Below are positions 19,855 to 28,941 of a DNA stretch of 64,000 nt, one piece after another. The notes beneath the pieces were generated by a model. The model had not been told where the DNA came from. It did no database searches and saw nothing but the letters and a program-made list of their open reading frames with translations. Within the stretch, counting starts at the first letter, position 1. Each line of letters starts with the position of its first letter. This DNA is from an uncultured PS1 clade bacterium. Its GTDB lineage: Bacteria > Pseudomonadota > Alphaproteobacteria > MED-G09. The stretch spans positions 79,158 to 143,157 of the forward strand of contig CACBCD010000001.1 of the NCBI GenBank assembly GCA_902537725.1. Direction: 5' to 3'. The translations under genes were made by a program, and so were the position numbers.

Positions 19855-20649
19855 ATGAAAAAAATAATTGATAAAGAAATACTATCCAATGGCGTCATTA
19901 TTTTAACAATGAATAATCCAGAAGTTAATAATAATATTACTTGGAAGGCTGCAGAGGATTTATATTTAGAGATAAAAAGCTCCAGAGAAAATGGTAGTAA
20001 TATTTTTATTTTAGCATCAGGTTTAAATGATCATTGGTTTGAACATGCATGGTTAGAAGATATTTTAGCAATTTATGAGGGTAGAGAAACTACTGCACCT
20101 GGAGTTTCCTGGTTTCGTTTAATGAAAGAAATTACTCATCCTGATATAATCTCTATAGCATGTATAAATGGCAGAGCATCAGGTGGTGGGGCAGAAATAG
20201 GGTGGGCTTGTGACTTTAGAATAGCAGAAGAAGGTGTTAAGTTTTGCCAACCTGAGATTGATTTGAATTTAACTACAGGACTTGGTGGAACAAGTAGAGT
20301 TGCAAGATTAATCGGACCAACAAAAACAGCAGAATTAGTTTTTTTAGGAAATGAATTTTCTGCAGAACAAATGTATGAGTTAAAAGGAATTAATAAGCTT
20401 ACAAAAAAGGGTGGCTCTTTGGAATGTTCTAAAGATTTAGCAAATGAACTAACTAAAAAGCCAAAAGAAGCTCTCGTATTGTTAAAAAAAATTTTAAATG
20501 ATAGTCTCGAGCTTCCTTTAACAGAAGCTTTAAGGAGTGAACAAGATTTGTTTCAATCAATTGTAAATTCTGATGGGGCAACAAAAAAAATGAGAGAAAT
20601 TCAAGATAAATATTTTGATGGTGCTAAGCCTAGAGATATTATTTTCTAA
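19855..20649 (+). CDS. Enoyl-CoA hydratase/isomerase (crotonase) family protein
   Basis: 264 aa. Crotonase-type oxyanion region ASGGGAEIGWACDFRIA. Confidence 0.7.
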   Translation: MKKIIDKEILSNGVIILTMNNPEVNNNITWKAAEDLYLEIKSSRENGSNIFILASGLNDHWFEHAWLEDILAIYEGRETTAPGVSWFRLMKEITHPDIISIACINGRASGGGAEIGWACDFRIAEEGVKFCQPEIDLNLTTGLGGTSRVARLIGPTKTAELVFLGNEFSAEQMYELKGINKLTKKGGSLECSKDLANELTKKPKEALVLLKKILNDSLELPLTEALRSEQDLFQSIVNSDGATKKMREIQDKYFDGAKPRDIIF

Positions 20650-20660
20650 AAGGTGATGAT

Positions 20661-21662
20661 ATGAGAAGAAAAGTATGGAAATTAAATGCTCGACCAAATG
20701 GGATTAATTTTGAAGAAGCTTTAGAATTAGTTGATGAAGAAATAAGTGATCCAGTTAATGGACAAATACAAATAAAGCTAAAAATTATTTCTATGGATGC
20801 AGGTACCAGAATGTGGATGAGTGATCGTCAAGATTCATATCAGCCACCTATTGAGTTAGGCTCCTCGATGGTTGGTGTTTGTTTAGCTGAAGTTATTAAA
20901 TCCGCAAATTCTGATTTTAAAGAAGGTGATTTAGTTAGAGGTTTCGGTGAGTGGGCCGATTTTGCTAATGTTGATTCAGACTCCTTTCTTGTATTGGAAA
21001 AAGGCCTTGATTGCGATGAAGCATACCTTTCTGCCTTAGGTTTAAATGGATGGACTGCTTATGTTGGTGTTATGGAAGTAGGAAAACCAAAACCAGGAGA
21101 GAACTTTCTGGTTTCTGCAGCAGCAGGGGCTACCGGTTCTTTAGCTGGTCAAATCGCAAAAAAAGCAGGATGTAGAGTTATTGGTTTAGCTGGTAGTGAT
21201 GAAAAGTGTGAATGGCTAACTAAAGATTTAGGTTTTGATATCGCTATCAATTATAAAACAGAAAATCTAGACGAAGCATTGAAGAAACATTGTCCCGATG
21301 GTGTTGATATATATTTTGATAATGTTGCTGGTGATATTCTTGATGTAGTTATGCAAAATTTAGCTTTGAATGCACGTATACCCTTATGCGGTCTTTTAGC
21401 CCAGTATAATAAAGAGGGAGCCAGATTACCTGGTCCTGATAATTTTGATCAATTATTGATGAAAAGAGCAACTATTACAGGTTTTTTCTGCCCAGATTTC
21501 TTAGAGGATGGTCCTAGAATTGAGTCAATGTTGTCTGAATGGTATAAAGAAGGGTCATTAAAGTTTAAGGCAGATATTACTGAAGGTTTGGAAAATATTT
21601 TGATTTCATACAAAAAGATTTTTACCGGTGAAAATATTGGTAAAACTTTAGTTAAATTATAA
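20661..21662 (+). CDS. NADP-dependent medium-chain oxidoreductase (enone/alkenal reductase, YncB/CurA-like)
   Basis: 333 aa. AAAGATGSLAGQIAK cofactor site. Paralog of 26310-27341. Confidence 0.7.
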   Translation: MRRKVWKLNARPNGINFEEALELVDEEISDPVNGQIQIKLKIISMDAGTRMWMSDRQDSYQPPIELGSSMVGVCLAEVIKSANSDFKEGDLVRGFGEWADFANVDSDSFLVLEKGLDCDEAYLSALGLNGWTAYVGVMEVGKPKPGENFLVSAAAGATGSLAGQIAKKAGCRVIGLAGSDEKCEWLTKDLGFDIAINYKTENLDEALKKHCPDGVDIYFDNVAGDILDVVMQNLALNARIPLCGLLAQYNKEGARLPGPDNFDQLLMKRATITGFFCPDFLEDGPRIESMLSEWYKEGSLKFKADITEGLENILISYKKIFTGENIGKTLVKL

Positions 21663-21666
21663 AAAT

Positions 21667-22986
21667 ATGAATAAAAAAAAACCAAAAAATTATTTATTTG
21701 AAAACTCGGTATTAAATTTTGAATCTTTAACAAATGATTTTACCCAAGAGTTGTATAACGAATTTGATTATAAATCCAAAGAACTTAATCTTAGGTCTAA
21801 AATTCATGATCTTTTAGATGGTAAGATTGTTAATGAAACTGAAAATCAAGCAGCTTGGCACCCTAAATATAAAAAAAGAGAGCCAAATATAAATAATCCT
21901 TTAACTAAATTAATAGAGAAAGTCTGTAAAAATAAAAAACCAAAGAAAATAAATATAATAATTATTGGTATTGGAGGGTCGTATGAGGGACCAAAATTAT
22001 TGACAGAGAGTTTAAATTCTTTTGAGATTAACAAAAAATTTAATTTTCAATTTTTAACTGGATCTGACTTAACTGAATTTATCCATAAAACTTACTTATT
22101 AGATCCTAGTGATACAATTTTTATAGTTTCATCAAAGTCATTTAAAACAGATGAGACTATCAATATGCTGATGAAAGCGATGGACTGGTCATCAATCAAT
22201 GACAATTTCATCGCAATAACAGCTAATCCTGATGAAGCAAAAAATTATGGTATTAACAAAAATAACATAATTACCTTTGATAAGGAAATAGGTGGAAGGT
22301 ATTCAATATGGTCACCTATTGCTGAATTACCTATAATTGAAAAAAATCAGTATAAAAGCTTCTTAGAAGGTGGAAAGACAGCTGAAACTGCTCTTCTTGA
22401 AGATGATCAATATTTTAGCTTTATTAAAAGGCTATCCTTTTCAGATTTATGGAATAATAACCTAAAGAATAAAAATACTAGGGTTATACTCTCATACATT
22501 TGGTTATTTAGATCTTTGTCGGACTATTTTCAGCAGCTAGAAATGGAGTCATTAGGTAAACCCGTTAATATTAAGTCCGGTTATAAGAATACTGGACAAA
22601 TTATTTTCGGTGGTTATGGACCTATGGCTCAGCATTCATACTTTCAATTACTTCACCAGGGTTCACAAAAAATATGTGCTGATATTATTGCAAGTAAATC
22701 AGATAACAATGATTTAGCTTATGCCCAGGCTGTTACACAATCCAATCTTCTTTCTAAGGGTGCAAGAGATCTAAAAGAAAATGAAAAGATTAATGGGAAC
22801 ATATTTGTAAATCTTTTTTTATTGAACAAAGTTGATGCATTTACTTTAGGTTATTTGATAACGATGTGGGAGCATAGGACTTTTATTTCCTCAGTTATGC
22901 TAAGTATAAACCCCTTTGATCAATTTGGTGTAAGTGCTGGTAAAATTTATACCAAACGATACCTTGAGCATAAAATTGAGTCTTAG
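21667..22986 (+). CDS. pgi: Glucose-6-phosphate isomerase (short form)
   Basis: 439 aa. GIGGSYEGPK, SKSFKTDET, GGRYSIWS, ESLGK, QHSYFQLLHQG signatures. Confidence 0.85.
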   Translation: MNKKKPKNYLFENSVLNFESLTNDFTQELYNEFDYKSKELNLRSKIHDLLDGKIVNETENQAAWHPKYKKREPNINNPLTKLIEKVCKNKKPKKINIIIIGIGGSYEGPKLLTESLNSFEINKKFNFQFLTGSDLTEFIHKTYLLDPSDTIFIVSSKSFKTDETINMLMKAMDWSSINDNFIAITANPDEAKNYGINKNNIITFDKEIGGRYSIWSPIAELPIIEKNQYKSFLEGGKTAETALLEDDQYFSFIKRLSFSDLWNNNLKNKNTRVILSYIWLFRSLSDYFQQLEMESLGKPVNIKSGYKNTGQIIFGGYGPMAQHSYFQLLHQGSQKICADIIASKSDNNDLAYAQAVTQSNLLSKGARDLKENEKINGNIFVNLFLLNKVDAFTLGYLITMWEHRTFISSVMLSINPFDQFGVSAGKIYTKRYLEHKIES

Positions 22987-22997
22987 TTTTAAATATT

Positions 22998-23972
22998 TTA
23001 TGTCCCAAATGCTTCCTTGAATGTTTTTGACCAACTACCAGTTGTTGCTGCTCTTGAATATTCTGTAGCTCTTCCTTCAAAAAAGTTTGTATGCTCTACA
23101 GCATTTAGCATCTCATCCATCCATGGTAGTGGATTTTTTTCAATCTTAAATAGTTCTGGTAAACCAAGCTGTGTTAATCTTCTATCAGCAATATATCTAA
23201 TATAATTTTTAACTTCACTTGCCTCCATACCCTCTACGCCACCTAATTCAAATGCTAAATCAATAAAAGCATCTTCATGCTCAATCACTGTTGCACAGGC
23301 TTTTACAATTTCTTCTTGTACCTCTTTATTCCAAACTGATGGATTCTCTTCGACGAATGTTCTGAATAATCTTATAGCTGACTCAGTGTGAAGTGTTTCA
23401 TCTCTAACTGACCAAGTTACTATCTGACCCATACCTTTCATCCTGTTTTGTCTGGGAAAATTCATTAAAACAGCGAATGATGCAAAGAGTTGAACTCCTT
23501 CCGTGAAAGCCCCAAAAACTGCGAGTGTTTTCGCAATATCTTCGTTTGTTTCTACACCCCACATTCTCATATAATCAAATTTATTTTTCATAGCTTCATA
23601 TTCAAGAAAAGCACTGTATTCGACTTCTGCCATACCTATGGTGTCTAAAAGATGGCTGTAAGCAGCAATATGAATTGTTTCTGTATTTGAAAATGCACCA
23701 AGCATCATTTGAACTTCTGTTGGTTTAAATACTTTTGAGTAATGCTTCATATAGCAATTATTTACCTCAACATCAGCTTGAACAAAAAATCTAAATATTT
23801 GTGTTAATAAATTTTTTTCAGGTGCAGTAAGATTTTTTTCCCAATCTTTAACATCCTCAGCAAGAGGAACTTCTTCAGGAAGCCAGTGAATTCTTTGTTG
23901 CTTTAGCCATGCTTCATAAGCCCAAGGGTATTTAAACGGTTTGTATACTAATCTTTCTTCAAGAAGGGACAT
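22998..23972 (-). CDS. nrdB: Class I ribonucleotide reductase beta subunit (tyrosyl-radical type)
   Basis: 324 aa. ETIHIAAYSHLL (E-x2-H-x3-Y), FTEGVQLFASF, RDETLH metal-ligand blocks. Confidence 0.88.
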   Translation of the reverse strand: MSLLEERLVYKPFKYPWAYEAWLKQQRIHWLPEEVPLAEDVKDWEKNLTAPEKNLLTQIFRFFVQADVEVNNCYMKHYSKVFKPTEVQMMLGAFSNTETIHIAAYSHLLDTIGMAEVEYSAFLEYEAMKNKFDYMRMWGVETNEDIAKTLAVFGAFTEGVQLFASFAVLMNFPRQNRMKGMGQIVTWSVRDETLHTESAIRLFRTFVEENPSVWNKEVQEEIVKACATVIEHEDAFIDLAFELGGVEGMEASEVKNYIRYIADRRLTQLGLPELFKIEKNPLPWMDEMLNAVEHTNFFEGRATEYSRAATTGSWSKTFKEAFGT

Positions 23973-23996
23973 AATTTTCTCTCTATTCTATTTTAT

Positions 23997-26003
23997 TTAT
24001 TGACACGCAAGACATTCGTCATAATCATTTGGATTTGACTCAGCTGCAACCTCATCAAGAGTTTTAACATCAATTTTGGTTGGTTGGTTAGAAGAATTTT
24101 CAGCTCTCTGTAAAGAGAGTGAACGACAATAATACAGGCTTTTAACACCTTTTTTCCATGCTGAATAATGAACTTCATGCAAGTATGCTTTATCACTATC
24201 TGCGGGTAAGAAGACATTTAGCGACTGAGCTTGATCAATCATTTCAGATCTATCACCAGCGAGGTCTATTAACCATCTTTGGTCGATTTCAAATGCAGTT
24301 TTATAGACATCTTTTTCATGCTCAGATAAGAAATCAAGGTGTTGAACTGATCCACCATTTGATAAAATAGAAAGCCATACTTCATCTTTATCTTGATTTT
24401 TTTCTTGGAGAAGAATTTTTAGGTGTCGATTTCTCACTGTAAATGTTCCTGACAGTGTTTTATGAGCATAAACATTTGCAGCAATTGGTTCAATACCTGG
24501 GCTTGATCCACCGCAAATAATTGATATTGAAGCTGTTGGAGCTACTGCTGTTTTGTTTGAAAAGCGCTCCATTATTCCGTATTCCTTTGCATCAGGGCAG
24601 GGACCTTTTTCCTTAGCAAGGTCTATTGATGCCTGATCAGCACCTACTTTTATATGATTAAATATTTTTTTATTCCAAGATTTTGCTACTGCACTTTCCC
24701 AGGGAACGTTATTTTCTTGAAAGAAAGAATGAAGCCCCATCACACCCAAACCAACTGATCTTTCACGAGTTGCTGCATAGGCAGCACTCTTCATGGTTTC
24801 CGGTGCATTATCAATAAAGTCTTGAAGAACGTTATCTAAAAAACGCATAATATCAGGTATAAAATTTTTCTCATTTTCCCATTCAAAAAATTTCTCAATA
24901 TTTACTGAAGACAAACAACATACAGCCGTTCGGTTCTCTCCATGGTGATCTATACCTGTTGGCAAGGTAATTTCACTACAAAGATTTGAGGTTTTAATTT
25001 CTAATCCTGCAAGCTTTTGTTGCTCTGGTCTAAGGTTATTAACTGTATCTTTATAAACTAAATATGGCTCACCTGTTTCGATTCTAGCTGTTAACATTCT
25101 AATCCATAAAGAACGTGCAGAAACAGTCTTTTGCACGGATTGATCATGTGGACTTCTTAAATCCCAGTCTGCATCTTCTTCGACAGCCCTCATAAATGCA
25201 TCGGTAAGCTGTATGCCATGGTGAAGATTTAGGGCCTTTCTATTTGGGTCACCACCTGTAGGTCTTCTTATTTCAATAAACTCTTCAATTTCAGGGTGAT
25301 CAATGGGTAGATAAACTGCAGCTGATCCTCGCCTTAATGAACCTTGACTAATAGCTAGAGTTAAAGAGTCCATAACTCTTATAAAAGGAACTATTCCACT
25401 AGTTTTTCCAACTCCACCAATAGGCTCACCGATTGATCTTAGGTTACCCCAATACGAACCAATTCCACCACCTTTTGATGCAAGCCATACATTTTCTGTC
25501 CACAGATCTACAATTCCGCCTAAGCTATCACTTGCCTCATTTAGGAAGCACGATATTGGAAGTCCTCTTCCAGTGCCGCCGTTTGAAAGAACAGGTGTTG
25601 AAGGCATAAACCATAGCCGTGATATATAATCATAAAGGCGCTGTGAGTGCTCTTGGTTGTCACCATAATATGAGGCAACACGTGCAAATAGATCTTGAAA
25701 AGACTCGCCGGGCATTAAATATCTGTCTTCAAGTGTTTCTCTACCAAAATCTGTTAAAAGTGAGTCTCTAGATGGATCAATTTTAACTCTAAAACCTTTG
25801 CCTTTATGTTGAACTGCTCTGTCATTAATTTTAAAATCAATGCGTGGCTGCTCTGATAACTCAGCGGGTGGTTTTTCACCAATTTTTGACTGTGCATATG
25901 AATAAATTTCTTCCATCTCCTCTTTAGTATAACCAGAAATCACAGGAGTAGGAGTCTTCTTTTTTTTATTTTGTTCAATTTTTTCTGGTCTATTCATTAG
26001 CAT
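23997..26003 (-). CDS. nrdA: Class I ribonucleotide reductase alpha subunit (no obvious ATP-cone)
   Basis: 668 aa. Active-site SNLCSEITLP, C-terminal redox tail YDECLACQ. Directly upstream of nrdB. Confidence 0.88.
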   Translation of the reverse strand: MLMNRPEKIEQNKKKKTPTPVISGYTKEEMEEIYSYAQSKIGEKPPAELSEQPRIDFKINDRAVQHKGKGFRVKIDPSRDSLLTDFGRETLEDRYLMPGESFQDLFARVASYYGDNQEHSQRLYDYISRLWFMPSTPVLSNGGTGRGLPISCFLNEASDSLGGIVDLWTENVWLASKGGGIGSYWGNLRSIGEPIGGVGKTSGIVPFIRVMDSLTLAISQGSLRRGSAAVYLPIDHPEIEEFIEIRRPTGGDPNRKALNLHHGIQLTDAFMRAVEEDADWDLRSPHDQSVQKTVSARSLWIRMLTARIETGEPYLVYKDTVNNLRPEQQKLAGLEIKTSNLCSEITLPTGIDHHGENRTAVCCLSSVNIEKFFEWENEKNFIPDIMRFLDNVLQDFIDNAPETMKSAAYAATRERSVGLGVMGLHSFFQENNVPWESAVAKSWNKKIFNHIKVGADQASIDLAKEKGPCPDAKEYGIMERFSNKTAVAPTASISIICGGSSPGIEPIAANVYAHKTLSGTFTVRNRHLKILLQEKNQDKDEVWLSILSNGGSVQHLDFLSEHEKDVYKTAFEIDQRWLIDLAGDRSEMIDQAQSLNVFLPADSDKAYLHEVHYSAWKKGVKSLYYCRSLSLQRAENSSNQPTKIDVKTLDEVAAESNPNDYDECLACQ

Positions 26004-26309
26004 CTTTTATCCCTTCATTTTTTTGAGAGAGTCAGACTCTCTCTACAACAAATGTTGCATTATTGCTTGTAACGGCAATTTAAATAATATTTAGGGCGTT
26101 ATATACGTTAGTTTTTGGCTTCCTATTTTTTAAGTAAATTTTACTACAAATAGAGTATATAACGTTACCTAACACAAAATATAGTATCCTGTTCGTTCTG
26201 TAGGTCAATAAGGAAAAAACAAAAAAGTTATTTTTTTTTGTTTTTTTTGACATTTTAAGAAAAAAATAACAAAAGTTGAAGCTATTAATTACTTGTTTGG
26301 GGGTCAGTT

Positions 26310-27341
26310 TTGTCAAATTCAAATCATACATTTAAATCATGGCGTCTAAATAAAAGACCTGTAGGTGAAATCAAGAATAGTGATCTAAGTCTTGTTGAAG
26401 AAGATATTCCACATATTAATGACAACGAGGTTCTTGCCAGAACAATATATTTTTCACTGGATCCTACAAATAGGATTTGGATGTCAGATGTTGATCAATA
26501 CATGGAACCGGTCGAGATCGGTGATATTATGAGAGCTGGTGGATCTATTGCTATTGTAGAAGAATCAAAAGCAAAGGATGTTTCTGTTGGTGATATTATC
26601 CAGGGTGGGATGCATGGAGGTTGGCAGGAATATTTTATTGTACCTGGAAATGATGTCATAAAATTACCAACAGAAACTGGGTTACCACTTACGGCTTTTA
26701 TTTCTGTTCTGGGTTTTACAGGGCCTACAGCATACTTTGGTTTACTTGATATAGGACAGCCTAAGAAAGGAGAGACTGTAGTTGTTTCAGCAGCTGCTGG
26801 AGCTGTTGGCTCGATAGTTTGTCAAATCGCAAAAATAAAAGAATGTAATGTTGTTGCTATTGCAGGGTCCGATGAGAAATGCGACTGGCTTAAAAATGAA
26901 TTGGGCGTTGATAGTGTAATTAATTATAAAAAGGAAAATATTTTTGATGCATTAAAAGCAGCATGTCCAAATGGTATTGATATTTATTTTGACAATGTTG
27001 GGGGTGATACACTTGATGCAGCATTAACGTTAATGAATAAATTTGGAAGGATACCTGTTTGTGGATTAATCTCAATGTACAATGATTGGTCATCCACTGG
27101 TCCAAAAATGTATAGAAATATATTAATGAAAACTCTAACCGTTACTGGTTTTTTAGTCTCAGACTTTGCTAATCAGTTTGAGGAATGTCTTCAAACACTT
27201 GGTCAATGGATTGCTGAAGGTAAAATTAAGTATAAGGTTGATGTTGTTGAGGGCATTGAAAATGCCCCCGATGCAGTTAACAAATTATTCACAGGTGAAA
27301 ATAAGGGCAAGCTTGTTATTCAAACTTCAAGAGAACCTTAA
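26310..27341 (+). CDS. NADP-dependent medium-chain oxidoreductase (enone/alkenal reductase family), paralog 2
   Basis: 343 aa. TTG start preceded by [20 protein letters not shown]. Alignable along its length with 20661-21662. Confidence 0.7.
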   Translation: MSNSNHTFKSWRLNKRPVGEIKNSDLSLVEEDIPHINDNEVLARTIYFSLDPTNRIWMSDVDQYMEPVEIGDIMRAGGSIAIVEESKAKDVSVGDIIQGGMHGGWQEYFIVPGNDVIKLPTETGLPLTAFISVLGFTGPTAYFGLLDIGQPKKGETVVVSAAAGAVGSIVCQIAKIKECNVVAIAGSDEKCDWLKNELGVDSVINYKKENIFDALKAACPNGIDIYFDNVGGDTLDAALTLMNKFGRIPVCGLISMYNDWSSTGPKMYRNILMKTLTVTGFLVSDFANQFEECLQTLGQWIAEGKIKYKVDVVEGIENAPDAVNKLFTGENKGKLVIQTSREP

Positions 27342-28528
27342 TTAAAGACTTCGAACAGACCAGCTGCACCCATTCCGCCACCAATACACATTGTGACAAC
27401 AACATTTTTTGCTTTTCTTCTTTTACCTTCAAGAAGAATATGTCCAACTAATCGAGCACCAGTCATTCCAAAAGGATGTCCAATTGCTATTGAACCTCCG
27501 TTAACATTTAATTTTTCATTATCAATACCTAGCTTATCACGGCAATAAAGAGTCTGACTTGCAAAAGCTTCGTTAAGCTCCCATAAATCAATATCGTCTA
27601 TCGTTAAATTATTTCTTTCTAAAAGCCTAGGGATCGCAAATACTGGGCCAATACCCATTTCATCAGGCTCACAGCCAGCAACAGCAAAACCCCTGAATGC
27701 ACCAAGAGGTTCAAGCCCTTTTTGTTCAGCTAATTTTGAATCCATTACAACTACTGAAGCTGCGCCATCGGATAATTGAGAAGCATTTCCAGCAGTAATA
27801 AAATGCTCATCGCCACGAACTGGCTTTAGTTGTGAGAGGCCTTCCAAAGTAGTTGTGGGTCTATTACACTCATCTTTATCAACTGTATAATCGACAATGC
27901 TCTCTTCACCACTTTCTTTATCAACAATCTTCATTTTTGTTTCCATAGCTACTATTTCATCTATATATAATCCTGCATCTTGAGCTGCGGCTGTTCGCTG
28001 TTGACTTTGTAGGGAATACTCATCCTGAGCCTCACGTGAGATATTGTATCTCTTTGCCACTATATCTGCAGTTTCAATCATAGGCATCCACAATGCTGGA
28101 TAACTCTCCATTAATTTCTCTTCTGTAATATTGTTAAAATTAATACCTTGCATTGGAACTAAAGAAATTGACTCTACACCTGCACCAACGACTGCCTGTG
28201 CCCCTTCATTTATAACTCTTCCAGCTGCCATCGCTATAGTTTGAAGCCCTGATGAACAAAATCTATTAACCGTTACACCGGATGTTGTAACTGGACAGCC
28301 TGCCCAAATAGCAGCAAGTCTTCCAACGTTTTGTCCTGTTGCTCCTTCTGGTGTACCACAGCCCATAATCACATCTTCAATTTCATTTGGATCTAATTTT
28401 GCTCTTTCAATAGAGTGTTTAACGGCATGCCCAGCCATAGCGGCTCCATGTGTTATGTTAAAACCACCTCGCCCAGATTTTGCGAGTCCTGTTCTTGCTG
28501 TTGAAACTATCACTGCTTCTCTTGTCAT
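27338..28528 (-). CDS. Acetyl-CoA C-acyltransferase (thiolase)
   Basis: 396 aa. Active-site Cys [15 protein letters not shown]-terminal [13 protein letters not shown]. Confidence 0.88.
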   Translation of the reverse strand: MTREAVIVSTARTGLAKSGRGGFNITHGAAMAGHAVKHSIERAKLDPNEIEDVIMGCGTPEGATGQNVGRLAAIWAGCPVTTSGVTVNRFCSSGLQTIAMAAGRVINEGAQAVVGAGVESISLVPMQGINFNNITEEKLMESYPALWMPMIETADIVAKRYNISREAQDEYSLQSQQRTAAAQDAGLYIDEIVAMETKMKIVDKESGEESIVDYTVDKDECNRPTTTLEGLSQLKPVRGDEHFITAGNASQLSDGAASVVVMDSKLAEQKGLEPLGAFRGFAVAGCEPDEMGIGPVFAIPRLLERNNLTIDDIDLWELNEAFASQTLYCRDKLGIDNEKLNVNGGSIAIGHPFGMTGARLVGHILLEGKRRKAKNVVVTMCIGGGMGAAGLFEVFN

Positions 28529-28671
28529 TATTAGCTCCTTGTGAGTTGTGTAAGATAAGAATTCATTGTTATTAATTAGGCTATAAAGTTATTTATAGTA
28601 TTTTAATTTTTAATATATTTTCCTTTTTTAATTTTAGAAATTAAATTATGTCATAAGTATAAGGAGTTTTT

Positions 28672-28941
28672 TTGTCAAATCATCATACAAGACATAATTA
28701 TTATCAAACTATTTTAGATAATAAACACGCAATAGCAACTAGTGAATTTGGAGTTAAGCCAAAATTATTAACTATTAATATAGATTTAGGTGACTTAGAC
28801 GATAATTTTGAAATAAATGAGTCACATATAAAATCGTCTATTGAAAAAAAGAGTAAAGATACACTTTTTATAAAAACCTATATTATAAAGGATGATGAAA
28901 TAATTGCTTCATCCTCAAGCGTTTGGACCAATAATCTTTAG
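28672..28941 (+). CDS. Hypothetical 89-aa protein, translationally abutted to the S8 peptidase gene
   Basis: TTG start with AAGGAG 5 nt upstream. Stop TAG 28939-41 directly abuts ATG 28942. No signal peptide or TM segment seen. Confidence 0.5.
   Translation: MSNHHTRHNYYQTILDNKHAIATSEFGVKPKLLTINIDLGDLDDNFEINESHIKSSIEKKSKDTLFIKTYIIKDDEIIASSSSVWTNNL

Noticed and set aside
26080-26331. 83-aa minus-strand ORF in the nrdA / oxidoreductase intergenic region.
   Set aside because: Lies in very AT-rich promoter/leader DNA. Phe/Asn/Lys-rich product, no SD, overlaps the start of 26310-27341. More likely non-coding regulatory sequence.
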